64,000 nt of DNA from a virus (IMGVR_UViG_3300030090_003700:494-64493); one strand, 5' to 3'; positions 31,467-41,001 are shown, counted from the stretch's first letter. Numbers and translations are program-made. The notes: generated from the letters alone by a model not told the origin.

Positions 31467-31715
31467 TTATTTTAAAAAGTGATTTATCCAAGCAGCTAAA
31501 CCATTAAGATTTAGTGCTACTAAGTTCCATTGTTTTCTTGATGACACTTGCACTATAACACATATAAAACCAATTATAAATAATATAGGCTCAAGCGTCC
31601 ATTGTCCAGCCATCAAAAAAGCTGCACCCGCATATCCAACACGGGATGCAAACTTTTGATAACTTGTTAATTTATTTGTATAGACTAATAGTCTAAGTAA
31701 TTTTCTTCTTACCAT
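31467..31715 (-). CDS. Small membrane protein
   Basis: 82 aa with hydrophobic segments, between nrdB and nrdA. Confidence 0.55.
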   Translation of the reverse strand: MVRRKLLRLLVYTNKLTSYQKFASRVGYAGAAFLMAGQWTLEPILFIIGFICVIVQVSSRKQWNLVALNLNGLAAWINHFLK

Positions 31716-32668
31716 ATGTCTTCAAAATCTTCACCTTCATTAGCCTTGCTATAATCAGTTGGCCTAATTGCAAAAAAGTCGGTATGAGTGTGACCACCAG
31801 TAAGATGATAGAACCAATTAAGATTATTTGCACAGCCTTCATCATAAGTAAAAACGCCATTATAACCAAGTTCATTAAGTTTTTCATTTAATCTTTTCTT
31901 TATAAAGTGTTTTAAATCTTTTGCTTTAAGATTTTCAATATCACCCATTTCAAACATCTTATCAATATATTTCATTTCAGCGTCATGCATCAAGCTGGCT
32001 GCTTCTATTATATCTTTTTCAGCATCTTTTTTGAGTGTTGGTATTTCTTCACACATATGTCTAAATAATCTACAACCCATTTTACTATGTAATGATTCGT
32101 CTCTTACAGACCATTTCATTTGTTGTCCTATGCCTTTAAGTAAGTTTCTAAGCTGAAAACTATATAATACAGCAAAAGCACTGTACAAACTAACTCCTTC
32201 AGCAAAGGCGGAAAAAATAGCAAGACTGCGCCCGATACCCACAGGATCAGAGCCGTCATAACCAACCAGGTTTTCAAAGCGCTCGGCCGTAGCAGGCTCG
32301 TGTAAAAACGCTTCAAAGTCTTCAAGTCCAAGTGTTTCATTTAAATAACTATAAGCTACAGCATGTATTGTTTCTTGTGAGCCGAACATCATAGCCATTT
32401 GCTGTATTTCATGTTTTGGAAACCATGATACGACTTTCTGCGTCCAATAATCTGACACAGCACATTCAGTTTGTGCAAAACCTAAAAGGATATTACCAAC
32501 TAAATGTTTTTCTTCTTTTGTTAATTTTTCATTCCAGTCTTTAACATCACCTGACATAGGTATTTCTGTATGTAACCAAAATGCCTGAGCTTGTTTTAAC
32601 CAACCTTCTGTGTAATACTCAGGGTATTCAAAAGGCTTATACGGTATTCTTTCTTCAAATAATCCCAT
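31709..32668 (-). CDS. nrdB: Ribonucleotide reductase class I beta subunit
   Basis: FW..EI, QETIHAVAY, EGVSLYSAF, RDESLH, DFF motifs. Confidence 0.95.
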   Translation of the reverse strand: MGLFEERIPYKPFEYPEYYTEGWLKQAQAFWLHTEIPMSGDVKDWNEKLTKEEKHLVGNILLGFAQTECAVSDYWTQKVVSWFPKHEIQQMAMMFGSQETIHAVAYSYLNETLGLEDFEAFLHEPATAERFENLVGYDGSDPVGIGRSLAIFSAFAEGVSLYSAFAVLYSFQLRNLLKGIGQQMKWSVRDESLHSKMGCRLFRHMCEEIPTLKKDAEKDIIEAASLMHDAEMKYIDKMFEMGDIENLKAKDLKHFIKKRLNEKLNELGYNGVFTYDEGCANNLNWFYHLTGGHTHTDFFAIRPTDYSKANEGEDFEDIW

Positions 32669-32669
32669 T

Positions 32670-32822
32670 TTAATTATAAGGCATTGTAAATGCTACGTCC
32701 ATAAATGGAACGTAAAACACATAAGTTAATTGATTTTCTTCTTCATAGGCTCTACAGCCAAACAATATACCTGGATAAAATCCTATAGATAAACTCCAGT
32801 TCCATTTTTCTTTATTTTCCAT
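32670..32822 (-). CDS. Hypothetical protein
   Basis: MENKEKWNWSLSIGFYPG...; start moved to avoid overlap with upstream ORF. Confidence 0.55.
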   Translation of the reverse strand: MENKEKWNWSLSIGFYPGILFGCRAYEEENQLTYVFYVPFMDVAFTMPYN

Positions 32823-32826
32823 ATTA

Positions 32827-32976
32827 TTATTCTTCACTAAATACTGCGTAAACATTTGCTTTTCTTTTCTTACTAAGTTTTATTGTAGTAATCAATTCTT
32901 TGCGTTCTTTTATTTCATCTTCTTTTACGGGATAGTATTTTGGGTTTGTACTATTTAATTTTCTTTTTTTAGCCAT
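32827..32976 (-). CDS. Small basic protein (49 aa, not in ORF track)
   Basis: MAKKRKLNSTNPKYYP... read by hand; fills operon gap. Confidence 0.55.
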   Translation of the reverse strand: MAKKRKLNSTNPKYYPVKEDEIKERKELITTIKLSKKRKANVYAVFSEE

Positions 32977-33139
32977 AACATTTTATTGAGTATTTATCAT
33001 GTATAAACATTAAATCTTTCCATCTTAAACCACCTCGTGCTTTAATGCTCCATTTGATAAACGTATCAATTTTACGTTCTTTATACTTACGTCTTGCTAA
33101 GTGCTTGGCGTTTGTAGTATTTCTATTACCTTGTCGCAT
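32969..33139 (-). CDS. Small basic protein (56 aa, not in ORF track)
   Basis: MRQGNR...LARRKYKERKIDTFIKW read by hand; fills operon gap. Confidence 0.5.
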   Translation of the reverse strand: MRQGNRNTTNAKHLARRKYKERKIDTFIKWSIKARGGLRWKDLMFIHDKYSIKCYG

Positions 33140-33552
33140 TCTTTTTGATTTTGTGGTTTAAATAATTTATAATTAGGAAACTGTTGCATTACTAATCTTT
33201 TAAACAATTTCCATCGCATTGGAAACGATTCATTGGGTCTTCCTTTAGTTTCAATAATAAAATCTTTACCAATAAAGTCTGGAGTATATTTTATAGGCAA
33301 GATTCTTTTCTCGCCTCTATTTTTAAAATCTCCTTTACTATTAGATTGTCTTTCCCAGCATTCATTATCAAAATGAAAGCCATTAAGTAATACAAAGGTT
33401 TCACCCTCGTAGCTAGATTTTATACCAGCTTTTTTCAAAGCACAGTACATATATTTTTCTAACCCGGAAGCGAAGGTGATACCATCATATACTACTTTTT
33501 TAGAAACTACGGGACCTCTTTTCTTTCTTCTTTTATAAGTCCTCTTCTTCAT
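33097..33552 (-). CDS. T7 endonuclease I-like resolvase (PD-(D/E)xK)
   Basis: FASGLE...KYTPDF...IIETKGR motifs. Confidence 0.82.
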   Translation of the reverse strand: MKKRTYKRRKKRGPVVSKKVVYDGITFASGLEKYMYCALKKAGIKSSYEGETFVLLNGFHFDNECWERQSNSKGDFKNRGEKRILPIKYTPDFIGKDFIIETKGRPNESFPMRWKLFKRLVMQQFPNYKLFKPQNQKECDKVIEILQTPST

Positions 33553-33775
33553 CGAATTGCATTCTTTTTAACATACATTCTTCAATCTCATCACATAAAA
33601 CAGACTTTGCTTTTTCAATATAATTAACAGCGTCCATTAATTCTTCTTGTATGTGTGTTAGCCAGACTTCTAGTGACTGGTCGTCTTCTTGTAACGTTAC
33701 GCCATATTTTTTATAGCCTACGTCTGAGCGGCTTTTAATCTTATTAATTACTCGCTCGATTATTTTATCTCTCAT
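33533..33775 (-). CDS. Small helical protein, possible all-alpha NTP-pyrophosphatase relative
   Basis: GYKKYG...HIQEELMDAVNY acidic helix. Confidence 0.45.
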   Translation of the reverse strand: MRDKIIERVINKIKSRSDVGYKKYGVTLQEDDQSLEVWLTHIQEELMDAVNYIEKAKSVLCDEIEECMLKRMQFDEEEDL

Positions 33776-34538
33776 CTTTTACAAATGTTCCGTTAATCAT
33801 TTCACCTTTACGGTTCTTAATTTGATTGTATGCTGATGCTATACACGTTTCAATCTTTACACCTTCTAAATGCGCTAGATTTGTAAGTACAACAACCATA
33901 TCGCCAATGGCATCTACAATTTCTTCATGATCACTAGTTAATAATGCTTTAGCTAATTCACCAGCTTCTTCTTGTAGTTTAATATATTGAACAATAGTAT
34001 TACCTTCGTCATATATTCCTCGCACTTGTGCCCATGCTCTAATGTTTTCAAATACGCTACTTTGTGAATCAGCATATTCTATTAAGCTGTCTAAGCTATT
34101 TTGTTCATTAAAGAATTCTATCATAGCTTTATTATATACATAACATCTATTCTTGTTATACATAGACTCTTTAGCATTATCTGTTATCCATTTAGCAAGG
34201 TCTTTATCTAAAGACACTCTACCAAATTCTGTTTTCCAGTTCATACCTAAGCTATCCATTAATCTACCTTTCAGTTTATTAACAGGAACCGGAAATGTTG
34301 TGGTTTGTTCGGTTACGTTTATTTTCATTTTAAATAAATTTTTATAAGGTTTGTGGTCAATCCTATATCCATAAGACTGTTGAAGTTCTATCTCTTTCTC
34401 TGATATATAATTTATATCATCGGACTGATCAAGAACTTCGTACTCTCCAGGCTTATAGCCCTGCGTTAGCGTAACCCTTTTATTAAGATTACGTGTAACG
34501 CCGATTTTTTTACCTGGAATATGATAAATATAATACAT
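33765..34538 (-). CDS. MazG-like NTP pyrophosphohydrolase with N-terminal GIY-YIG-like segment
   Basis: C-terminal KLQEEAGEL...DAIGDMVV...AYNQIKNRKG; N-terminal YYIY...KIGVT...KR. Confidence 0.78.
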   Translation of the reverse strand: MYYIYHIPGKKIGVTRNLNKRVTLTQGYKPGEYEVLDQSDDINYISEKEIELQQSYGYRIDHKPYKNLFKMKINVTEQTTTFPVPVNKLKGRLMDSLGMNWKTEFGRVSLDKDLAKWITDNAKESMYNKNRCYVYNKAMIEFFNEQNSLDSLIEYADSQSSVFENIRAWAQVRGIYDEGNTIVQYIKLQEEAGELAKALLTSDHEEIVDAIGDMVVVLTNLAHLEGVKIETCIASAYNQIKNRKGEMINGTFVKDER

Positions 34539-35380
34539 TATTTTCCAACGTTTAGCTTTGCCTTTATTGGAGGCAAAGGATTATAATTAATTAATTCAAA
34601 TTGTTTTTTCTTTGGTATTTTTAATCCAGGATTACTTCTGTGACCGCCTTCATATATAATACCATCGCCAGTTATTTTAAGTTTAGGTAATTCAATATTG
34701 CTTATATCTCTATATATGTATTCTTCTGCAGGTTTAAGATGATTTAAATATAGGTGGCAATCACCAAGTTGTGCAATAAGTTTACCTGGTTTATATTCTG
34801 TATTGTAACATAGTAATTCAAGTAATATACCGTACATTGCAATATCATAAGGTAAACCTAAGAATACATCTGCTGAACGTTGAATCCATATTAAATCCAT
34901 TTTATCATTATTTATATTTACTTGTAAACCATAATGACATGGTGGTAATACCATATTCTTTAATTTATCTGGTCTCCATGCATTTATAATATGTCTTCTT
35001 GATGATGGGTTAACACTAATGTTATATATTAAATTCATAAGTTGGTCATAACCATTAAAGTCACGCCATTGTGCACCATAAACTGGGCCAAGCTTTCCGT
35101 CTTTACGGCCAGACCTTTCATAATCATCATCCCAATAATGAACACCGTTCTCATGCAAATAATTTAAGTCTGTTCTACCTTGCAATATCCATAGTAATTC
35201 AGTAATTGCATGATTGAAATACATTTTCTTTCCAACTAATAAAGGAAAGCCAATAGACATATCATGCTCTAACTGTCTACCAAACACAGATTTAGTACCA
35301 ACTCCGGTTCTATCTGCTTTTGTAGATGCATTTAATAAGCTTGCCATTAAAGCTCTATATTGATTTTCTATATTTGTCAT
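34538..35380 (-). CDS. thyA: Thymidylate synthase homologue with Asn-to-Asp specificity change (possible dCMP methylase/hydroxymethylase)
   Basis: DRTGVGT, ELLW, GPVYGAQWR, SRR, LPPCH, QRSADVFLGLPYDI, GDCHLY; start set at MTNIENQY. Confidence 0.88.
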   Translation of the reverse strand: MTNIENQYRALMASLLNASTKADRTGVGTKSVFGRQLEHDMSIGFPLLVGKKMYFNHAITELLWILQGRTDLNYLHENGVHYWDDDYERSGRKDGKLGPVYGAQWRDFNGYDQLMNLIYNISVNPSSRRHIINAWRPDKLKNMVLPPCHYGLQVNINNDKMDLIWIQRSADVFLGLPYDIAMYGILLELLCYNTEYKPGKLIAQLGDCHLYLNHLKPAEEYIYRDISNIELPKLKITGDGIIYEGGHRSNPGLKIPKKKQFELINYNPLPPIKAKLNVGK

Positions 35381-35639
35381 AATAATATTTACACATTCTA
35401 TAATACTCAGACCATATTGTATGTTTATCATAAATAGATGGAGATACATTTGCTCTCTCACCTTTTTTATATGGTCCCATTCTAATTTCTATTCTCCATT
35501 TTTGAGAATCTTCTTTAATACCTATAGGTGATATTCGTATATTATTTCTTACGCAATAATTATATGCTGCTCTTTCCTCCTCGCTAGGAAGATATTGCGG
35601 CATTCGATAATTCTTACGTTTTCCATATATACTTTTCAT
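35355..35639 (-). CDS. Hypothetical protein
   Basis: 94-aa ORF abutting primase-helicase. Confidence 0.6.
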   Translation of the reverse strand: MKSIYGKRKNYRMPQYLPSEEERAAYNYCVRNNIRISPIGIKEDSQKWRIEIRMGPYKKGERANVSPSIYDKHTIWSEYYRMCKYYYDKYRKSI

Positions 35640-37361
35640 TTATTCCCAAGGCATTGGTTCCGCATCTAATTCTAGTTGCTCGTGCGGTATAAAGCAACCT
35701 GAACGAGGCTCCCATTTAAAATGAGCTTCAGCTCCGTTCTCTCCGAGATTTTGAAACTTAACTTTAAGGACTTTTGCCTTGACAGTTTTTGCATCATAAT
35801 CGCGGTGTACGAGAAGGCCATGATAACTCGCGTCATACCATTCACCTCCCCCTTTGATATTATACATCGTTGGTTCTTCAATTTTTCCTTCACTTGTTTT
35901 ATACATTTTAGTAGGGTGAGCAACTATAAATACTAATACATCAAACTTCTTAGCAAAGATTTCAATCTTAGTAAGATATTCCATTGTATATCTATTTACA
36001 TCTTCAGACTTACAATCTACATCTCTAATCTTATTAAATGGGTCTATAACAAGGCATTTAATACCTTTACGCTTAACTAATTCTGCACCTTTACGTAATA
36101 CTGTTTCAAGAGTATAACGCTCCATATCGATAAAGAAAAAGTTATCGTTAACGTGTTCTGCTACTTGTTTCCATTTAGCTGAGCCAATATCAGATTTTCG
36201 CGGCATGTCTTGCCATACTTTACGCATTAACTTATGCGCATGTAAATAAGTGGGTGCATTTTCAGGAGATGCAAACGCTGTTTTCCAGCCGTAGTTATTA
36301 TTATAACCTACAACCATTTGGTCAACAAAATCAGACTTACCGCTACTAGGTATACCAGTAACAGTAATAAACTGACCAGTGTAAGTACTGAATATATCAT
36401 CGAAGTTTTTGATTCCGATTTGATACCCTTTCCTAAAACCGTTTTGTACAAAGTCCGTAACTTCATGTTCTATATCTTTAAAAGTTGTTACATTTTCTAA
36501 TGGTACAGGTCTACATTCAGTAATTGTTTTGGCTAAGTCCTCTTTACCATATTTAAGTAAATATTCATTAGCGTCTTTACAATCAACAAAGTTGGTTAGA
36601 TAACAGGTCTCTGCTCCTAGCCTTCTAATTAATTCTGTCTGCAATGCTATACCAGCTTCATCAGCATCTACTGCTAAGATTATCTTTTCTTTATCTTCAA
36701 AGTAATCGATACAATTATCAAGATAATCTAAATTGTTATGGTTTAATGTAGCCCCGTTTGGTACGGATATTACATTATGTATTCCTGCTTCATGATAAGA
36801 CAGTGCATCCATCTCACCTTCAACAATAACACAAGTGTCATAACCCACTATACTATTTAAATTATAAAAGACTTTCTCAGCACCTTTATATAATTTAAAG
36901 TGCTTATGTCCGTCTCTATATTTTATATTGATAAGTTCATCACCTATCATGTAGTTGAATTTAATTGTGTTTTCAACCTTGCCTGTTTGTGGCATGAATT
37001 CTGGGCCTTCAGATACATTCATTTCTTCTAGTGTATCTTTTGATATGCCTCGCTGTTCAAACCATTCAATTACTTTACTACTAACGGGTTTATGTGTTTT
37101 TGTAGAATAATCTGGTTTAATATATTCTTTATCACCGCCGCCTTTACGTTGATAAGTATGTAATTGAAATGTTGAGTTACAGTTGTGACAAGTACCAAGA
37201 CCACGTTCCCAATCATAACTAGCACATTTTTGTTTCCTGTTTTCAGGCTTACGGTTATGTGAACACAGGGGACAAATCCCCTGCGTTGCACCAACCTTCA
37301 AATCATGCTGGTTAAACTGGTCGATTAAGAATCCATTAATCTCCGTATTGTTTACTTGCAT
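35640..37361 (-). CDS. Primase-helicase (T7 gp4/Twinkle-like)
   Basis: Zn finger CPLC...CHNC, TOPRIM VEGEMD...DAD...KDANE, Walker A GIPSSGKS, IDP, VAHP. Confidence 0.93.
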   Translation of the reverse strand: MQVNNTEINGFLIDQFNQHDLKVGATQGICPLCSHNRKPENRKQKCASYDWERGLGTCHNCNSTFQLHTYQRKGGGDKEYIKPDYSTKTHKPVSSKVIEWFEQRGISKDTLEEMNVSEGPEFMPQTGKVENTIKFNYMIGDELINIKYRDGHKHFKLYKGAEKVFYNLNSIVGYDTCVIVEGEMDALSYHEAGIHNVISVPNGATLNHNNLDYLDNCIDYFEDKEKIILAVDADEAGIALQTELIRRLGAETCYLTNFVDCKDANEYLLKYGKEDLAKTITECRPVPLENVTTFKDIEHEVTDFVQNGFRKGYQIGIKNFDDIFSTYTGQFITVTGIPSSGKSDFVDQMVVGYNNNYGWKTAFASPENAPTYLHAHKLMRKVWQDMPRKSDIGSAKWKQVAEHVNDNFFFIDMERYTLETVLRKGAELVKRKGIKCLVIDPFNKIRDVDCKSEDVNRYTMEYLTKIEIFAKKFDVLVFIVAHPTKMYKTSEGKIEEPTMYNIKGGGEWYDASYHGLLVHRDYDAKTVKAKVLKVKFQNLGENGAEAHFKWEPRSGCFIPHEQLELDAEPMPWE

Positions 37362-37371
37362 TTAATTTAAT

Positions 37372-37680
37372 TTAAAATGGTAAATCATCTACCGGCTGTG
37401 ATACTGGTGCTGCTGCTGCCGGTTGATCTGTTCGAGGTGCAGCTGGTACGTTCTGGTCATTTGTCCAAACAACTTGAACATTACCTAAATAAACTTTAGG
37501 TACTTTAGCATCACGCTCCTCTTTCGTTTGAGCTACTACAACTGGACCTTGATTGCCGAACTGATCGACTTCATCATTAAGGGTAATTGTAATAGGTAAG
37601 TACTTTCCTTTTTTGCCTTCGATAATTTTTGACTTATCTATGTTATTAAGGTTAATACTTGTTTTAATAATACTTGCCAT
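37372..37680 (-). CDS. Putative single-stranded DNA-binding protein
   Basis: Small beta protein with acidic DDLPF C-terminus. Confidence 0.7.
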   Translation of the reverse strand: MASIIKTSINLNNIDKSKIIEGKKGKYLPITITLNDEVDQFGNQGPVVVAQTKEERDAKVPKVYLGNVQVVWTNDQNVPAAPRTDQPAAAAPVSQPVDDLPF

Positions 37681-37859
37681 TATGCGTATTGATTTATTTG
37701 GTTAAACATTCTTTGTAACTGTTCTTTATTAGCACCAGTTACTCTTCTGAAATTATCTACAGCTTTCAGGTGATTTTGATTCTTGTAAAAGTTATTTACT
37801 GAAGTTTCTAATCCTGTTACTGAACAAACTTTTGTTTGTATTTTTCTAGTTCTTGCCAT
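37680..37859 (-). CDS. Hypothetical protein (59 aa, not in ORF track)
   Basis: MARTRKIQTKVCSVTG... read by hand; coupled to SSB start. Confidence 0.6.
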   Translation of the reverse strand: MARTRKIQTKVCSVTGLETSVNNFYKNQNHLKAVDNFRRVTGANKEQLQRMFNQINQYA

Positions 37860-37866
37860 AATTTAA

Positions 37867-38604
37867 TTATAATGTTAAGTTAATAAAATATTGAGATGGG
37901 TCAAATCCATCAGTTTTGTAGAATAAATCGTAAGCTTCTACTGCTCTCTTAACCTTGTCTTTACCTGACTCATAAAAATCAGGTGAACAATCTACTACTG
38001 CTATTTGATTAGTATTTTTATCAATAACAATAAAACAAAATTCATAACCAAACAAAGTACTGTATATATATGCTTGACTATCGTAATTCCAACGGTAAGC
38101 AGAGCGCCTGAAAGAGTTTATATCTGAGGTAGTCTTTAAATCAATCACAAGTCTTTCATCATGATTAACTATATCAGCCTTACCTTTCCACATAACTCCT
38201 TCAAGCTCCGCAATACCTGGCTTCTCATACTCAACATCAATACCACGAATAAGTCCGCGACATATATCATTTTCCAATACTTTAGTGGTCATCAATTCTA
38301 TTTTGTCTACTTCATGCTGTAATAAGCACAGCTCTCCGCCTGACATTTCTTTGTAAGCCTTAGTGTTTCTAGTTGACGAAGGTATTACTCGGTATTTCTT
38401 CAACTTATCTGGTTCAAGTATAGCGGTGTGAAAATATCCGCCAACAAGAAACGCTGGGCTAGGCTTAGATTGTTCTCCAAGCGCTAAGGGGTTAGTTAAT
38501 AAAGTTTTAATGTCACTATTACTTAAATATTGTTTACCAAATTCGCCATAATAGTTTTCATCATCTCTTAACTTTTTAATAACCTCTTCTTTTTTCATTA
38601 TCAA
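37867..38604 (-). CDS. RecE/exonuclease VIII-like PD-(D/E)xK exonuclease
   Basis: LSNSDIK, G.YFHTAILEP, KGKAD, IDLKTT, YDSQAYIY motifs. Confidence 0.85.
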   Translation of the reverse strand: MIMKKEEVIKKLRDDENYYGEFGKQYLSNSDIKTLLTNPLALGEQSKPSPAFLVGGYFHTAILEPDKLKKYRVIPSSTRNTKAYKEMSGGELCLLQHEVDKIELMTTKVLENDICRGLIRGIDVEYEKPGIAELEGVMWKGKADIVNHDERLVIDLKTTSDINSFRRSAYRWNYDSQAYIYSTLFGYEFCFIVIDKNTNQIAVVDCSPDFYESGKDKVKRAVEAYDLFYKTDGFDPSQYFINLTL

Positions 38605-38628
38605 ATTTAGTTCGTGTTACGCTTGTAA
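38597..38628 (-). promoter_or_regulatory. Conserved phage promoter-like motif, copy 1
   Basis: - strand TTACAAGCGTAACACGAACTAAATTTGATAAT. Confidence 0.65.
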
Positions 38629-39153
38629 TAGTTTTTCTTGCTCTGGTGTTAAATCATATTTTGCTTTAATAGCATCTAATTTACCGCCAGCTTTTAAATA
38701 ATCTACTGCTTTAGTTATATCACTAAGTTTTTGTTTTATTTTTTGTTTAGCTATAACTTTACCATGATTATTTGTAGCGTCACTATCTTGCGTATCATCG
38801 ATTAATAATAGGTTTCCTAACGCGTACTTTTTAGCATAACTCGACGCCGAACCAAATTGTTGTGGTGTCTGCATACCTTTCTGGTTCAGATCCACACCAA
38901 CTATCGCAACAGCAGTTAACTCCATGCCTTTATCGTCAGTTAACTTTGCAGTCGACTGTATAATAGGCATAGGTTCAGTAGCAATTAATTCTTCATTAAT
39001 TGTAACTGCAATTCCCAACTCGTCGTTAAACGGTTTAATAGCTTCGAGAATGTCTTCGGCAGAGCGAAAGTAATATTTGCCGAATGAATTAAATCTACTC
39101 TTCTTCGATTTAAATTTTGTTTGAATTTTTGCTAGTTTCTGGTATATGGTCAT
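38617..39153 (-). CDS. ERF-family single-strand annealing protein
   Basis: KYYFRSAEDILEAIKP, QQFGSASSYAKKYAL...DDTQDSD. Confidence 0.88.
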   Translation of the reverse strand: MTIYQKLAKIQTKFKSKKSRFNSFGKYYFRSAEDILEAIKPFNDELGIAVTINEELIATEPMPIIQSTAKLTDDKGMELTAVAIVGVDLNQKGMQTPQQFGSASSYAKKYALGNLLLIDDTQDSDATNNHGKVIAKQKIKQKLSDITKAVDYLKAGGKLDAIKAKYDLTPEQEKLLQA

Positions 39154-39207
39154 AATAATATAATTACATATTTTTAATTAAACTTAAACGGTAATATTTA
39201 CCGTAAC

Positions 39208-39972
39208 TTAAAGGTAATCAAGCACTTGCGAGGAATCAACGTTATCGATTAGACATTGTATAGCATCACGTTTTATTTGAGAAATACGTACATGAGCTGT
39301 GTTTACATTAATATCTAATTTAGCCGCAATTTCGTTTGCAGAGTGCTTATCACAGTCAAGACCGTAACTTAATCTAAGTACTTCTTGCTGCTTAAAATCT
39401 AAATGCTTTTTCATTAGTTGTAATAAATAAGCATTGAGTAAATGTATGTTATATGGTTCTGATTTATCAATAACTTGATAAGCCATATTTTCATCATCAT
39501 TTGGTTTATCGTCAATACTTGCAAATACACTATTAAAAAACATTGCAACCATTTTTTCATCTTTTGGGTTGCGTCTTATTTCATTTAGTTTATGTTCAGG
39601 AATGCGTACGCCGCCTCTATTAATATCTACGGCTCTACGTACGGCTCCTTTAATTCTTTTTGATAGAAATGATTTAATTGTTTTTTCTTGGTCGTCAGAC
39701 TCAGCTAAAACAGTTCGGTCTAATTTACTAACCGCTGCTGTAAGCCCCGCCGCACCTTCTTGTAATAAATCATTTATACTTAATACACCTGACGCTTGGT
39801 CTGAGGTGGATTGTTTTCTTGCTAATGTTTCAACTAACGGTAAAAAGTTAATTACTATTTCTTCGTTTGTTAAATACGTATAATCACCGTCAATTGGTTT
39901 TCTTACACGTTTAACAGCTGCTTCAACTTCTTTCTTGTATCTAACATAATTAGCTATGTTATACTTTCTCAT
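39208..39972 (-). CDS. Phage sigma70-family RNA polymerase sigma factor
   Basis: FLPLVETLAR, DLLQEG..GL..AV, VRIPEH, region-4 HTH VLRLSYGL...EIAAKL...RISQIK. Confidence 0.85.
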   Translation of the reverse strand: MRKYNIANYVRYKKEVEAAVKRVRKPIDGDYTYLTNEEIVINFLPLVETLARKQSTSDQASGVLSINDLLQEGAAGLTAAVSKLDRTVLAESDDQEKTIKSFLSKRIKGAVRRAVDINRGGVRIPEHKLNEIRRNPKDEKMVAMFFNSVFASIDDKPNDDENMAYQVIDKSEPYNIHLLNAYLLQLMKKHLDFKQQEVLRLSYGLDCDKHSANEIAAKLDINVNTAHVRISQIKRDAIQCLIDNVDSSQVLDYL

Positions 39973-40586
39973 AATTCTTTATTCAGTATTTCTTTTTCTT
40001 GTTTTAATTGGTTACCCATATTTCTGTATATGGTTCGTGTAGTACACTTTAATAACTTAGCTAACTTAGCTATAGTTATTTTTTGTTTACTATCGTTTAA
40101 ATCTATCATGCATTGGTATATATCTTCTTCACATATTCTTTTACTTCTACCAATCAATCTTCCAACTATACTTAGCTTTTCACTTAATGATAAACCAGTA
40201 TAATCTTTAAATATTACTTTACGTATACGATTACGTGGGGGTTCGCCTCCTTCCATAAACACATCTTTAATTATATCTTTTAATACCTTTTGTTTAATAA
40301 AGAATGTTACAAAACCATTTTCTTTATCTGCTATAAACTTAAATACAGCACCAATATCCATCATTGGAATATCGGGATTTAGGTATTGTAATACAAGCAT
40401 GTGCCATTTCAACGACTTATACGTAGTAATCTTTGCTTTGCTTCTAAATAAACTATAGCATTGATACGTACCTTCCGCGTAGTAATCGTATTGATCAGTA
40501 CTTTCGGTAGGCTTATCTGTGATAGGGTCACGTCTATATATTATTCGCCTATCATTTAGCCACTTCATATTTCTTTCATGTGACAT
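39969..40586 (-). CDS. DNA-binding protein with C-terminal HTH
   Basis: KITIAKLAKLLKCTTRTIYRNM HTH. Confidence 0.7.
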   Translation of the reverse strand: MSHERNMKWLNDRRIIYRRDPITDKPTESTDQYDYYAEGTYQCYSLFRSKAKITTYKSLKWHMLVLQYLNPDIPMMDIGAVFKFIADKENGFVTFFIKQKVLKDIIKDVFMEGGEPPRNRIRKVIFKDYTGLSLSEKLSIVGRLIGRSKRICEEDIYQCMIDLNDSKQKITIAKLAKLLKCTTRTIYRNMGNQLKQEKEILNKEL

Positions 40587-40704
40587 TTGCTTCTTACTAT
40601 TTATTTATTATTAGCTTTTGTCGCTTTGCGTTTTTTAAATTGTTTTATTGCCGAGGCAATATTTCTATAATTGGTTTCAATTAAATGTTTATATAGTTTT
40701 CTTC

Positions 40705-41001
40705 TCATTTTCTGTCGTATTTTACATTACCGTACACAATCAATTGTATATCACTATCTTTATACACTGATTTTTCAGGGTAATTTAAGTATCTATTTTT
40801 TATTTGTATATCTTTATCCAGCGGTAGATTGTAATTTATATATATCGCTGTTACTAGAGACGAATTGATTGCTATCAATAGTATTATAATAAGTTTCGAT
40901 AACTTCTCTAGGGACTGTGTTGTAATCGTAAGGTGTTTCATTTTTGTTACAGATTTTTCGTTTGTCAATAATATAGTAGCGCCAATAACCGTGTATAGCA
41001 T
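40705..41001 (-). CDS. Hypothetical protein with hydrophobic segment (start uncertain)
   Basis: LIIILLIAINSSLVTAIYI; overlaps 3' part of glycosylase gene. Confidence 0.35.
   Translation of the reverse strand: MLYTVIGATILLTNEKSVTKMKHLTITTQSLEKLSKLIIILLIAINSSLVTAIYINYNLPLDKDIQIKNRYLNYPEKSVYKDSDIQLIVYGNVKYDRK

Noticed and set aside
35381-35461. N-terminal extension of thyA given in the ORF track
   Set aside because: Overlaps the upstream gene; ThyA similarity begins at MTNIENQY
29744-37361. Inteins or introns in nrdA, nrdB, helicase or terL
   Set aside because: Protein lengths are compact and motifs contiguous; no intein splice-junction motifs noticed
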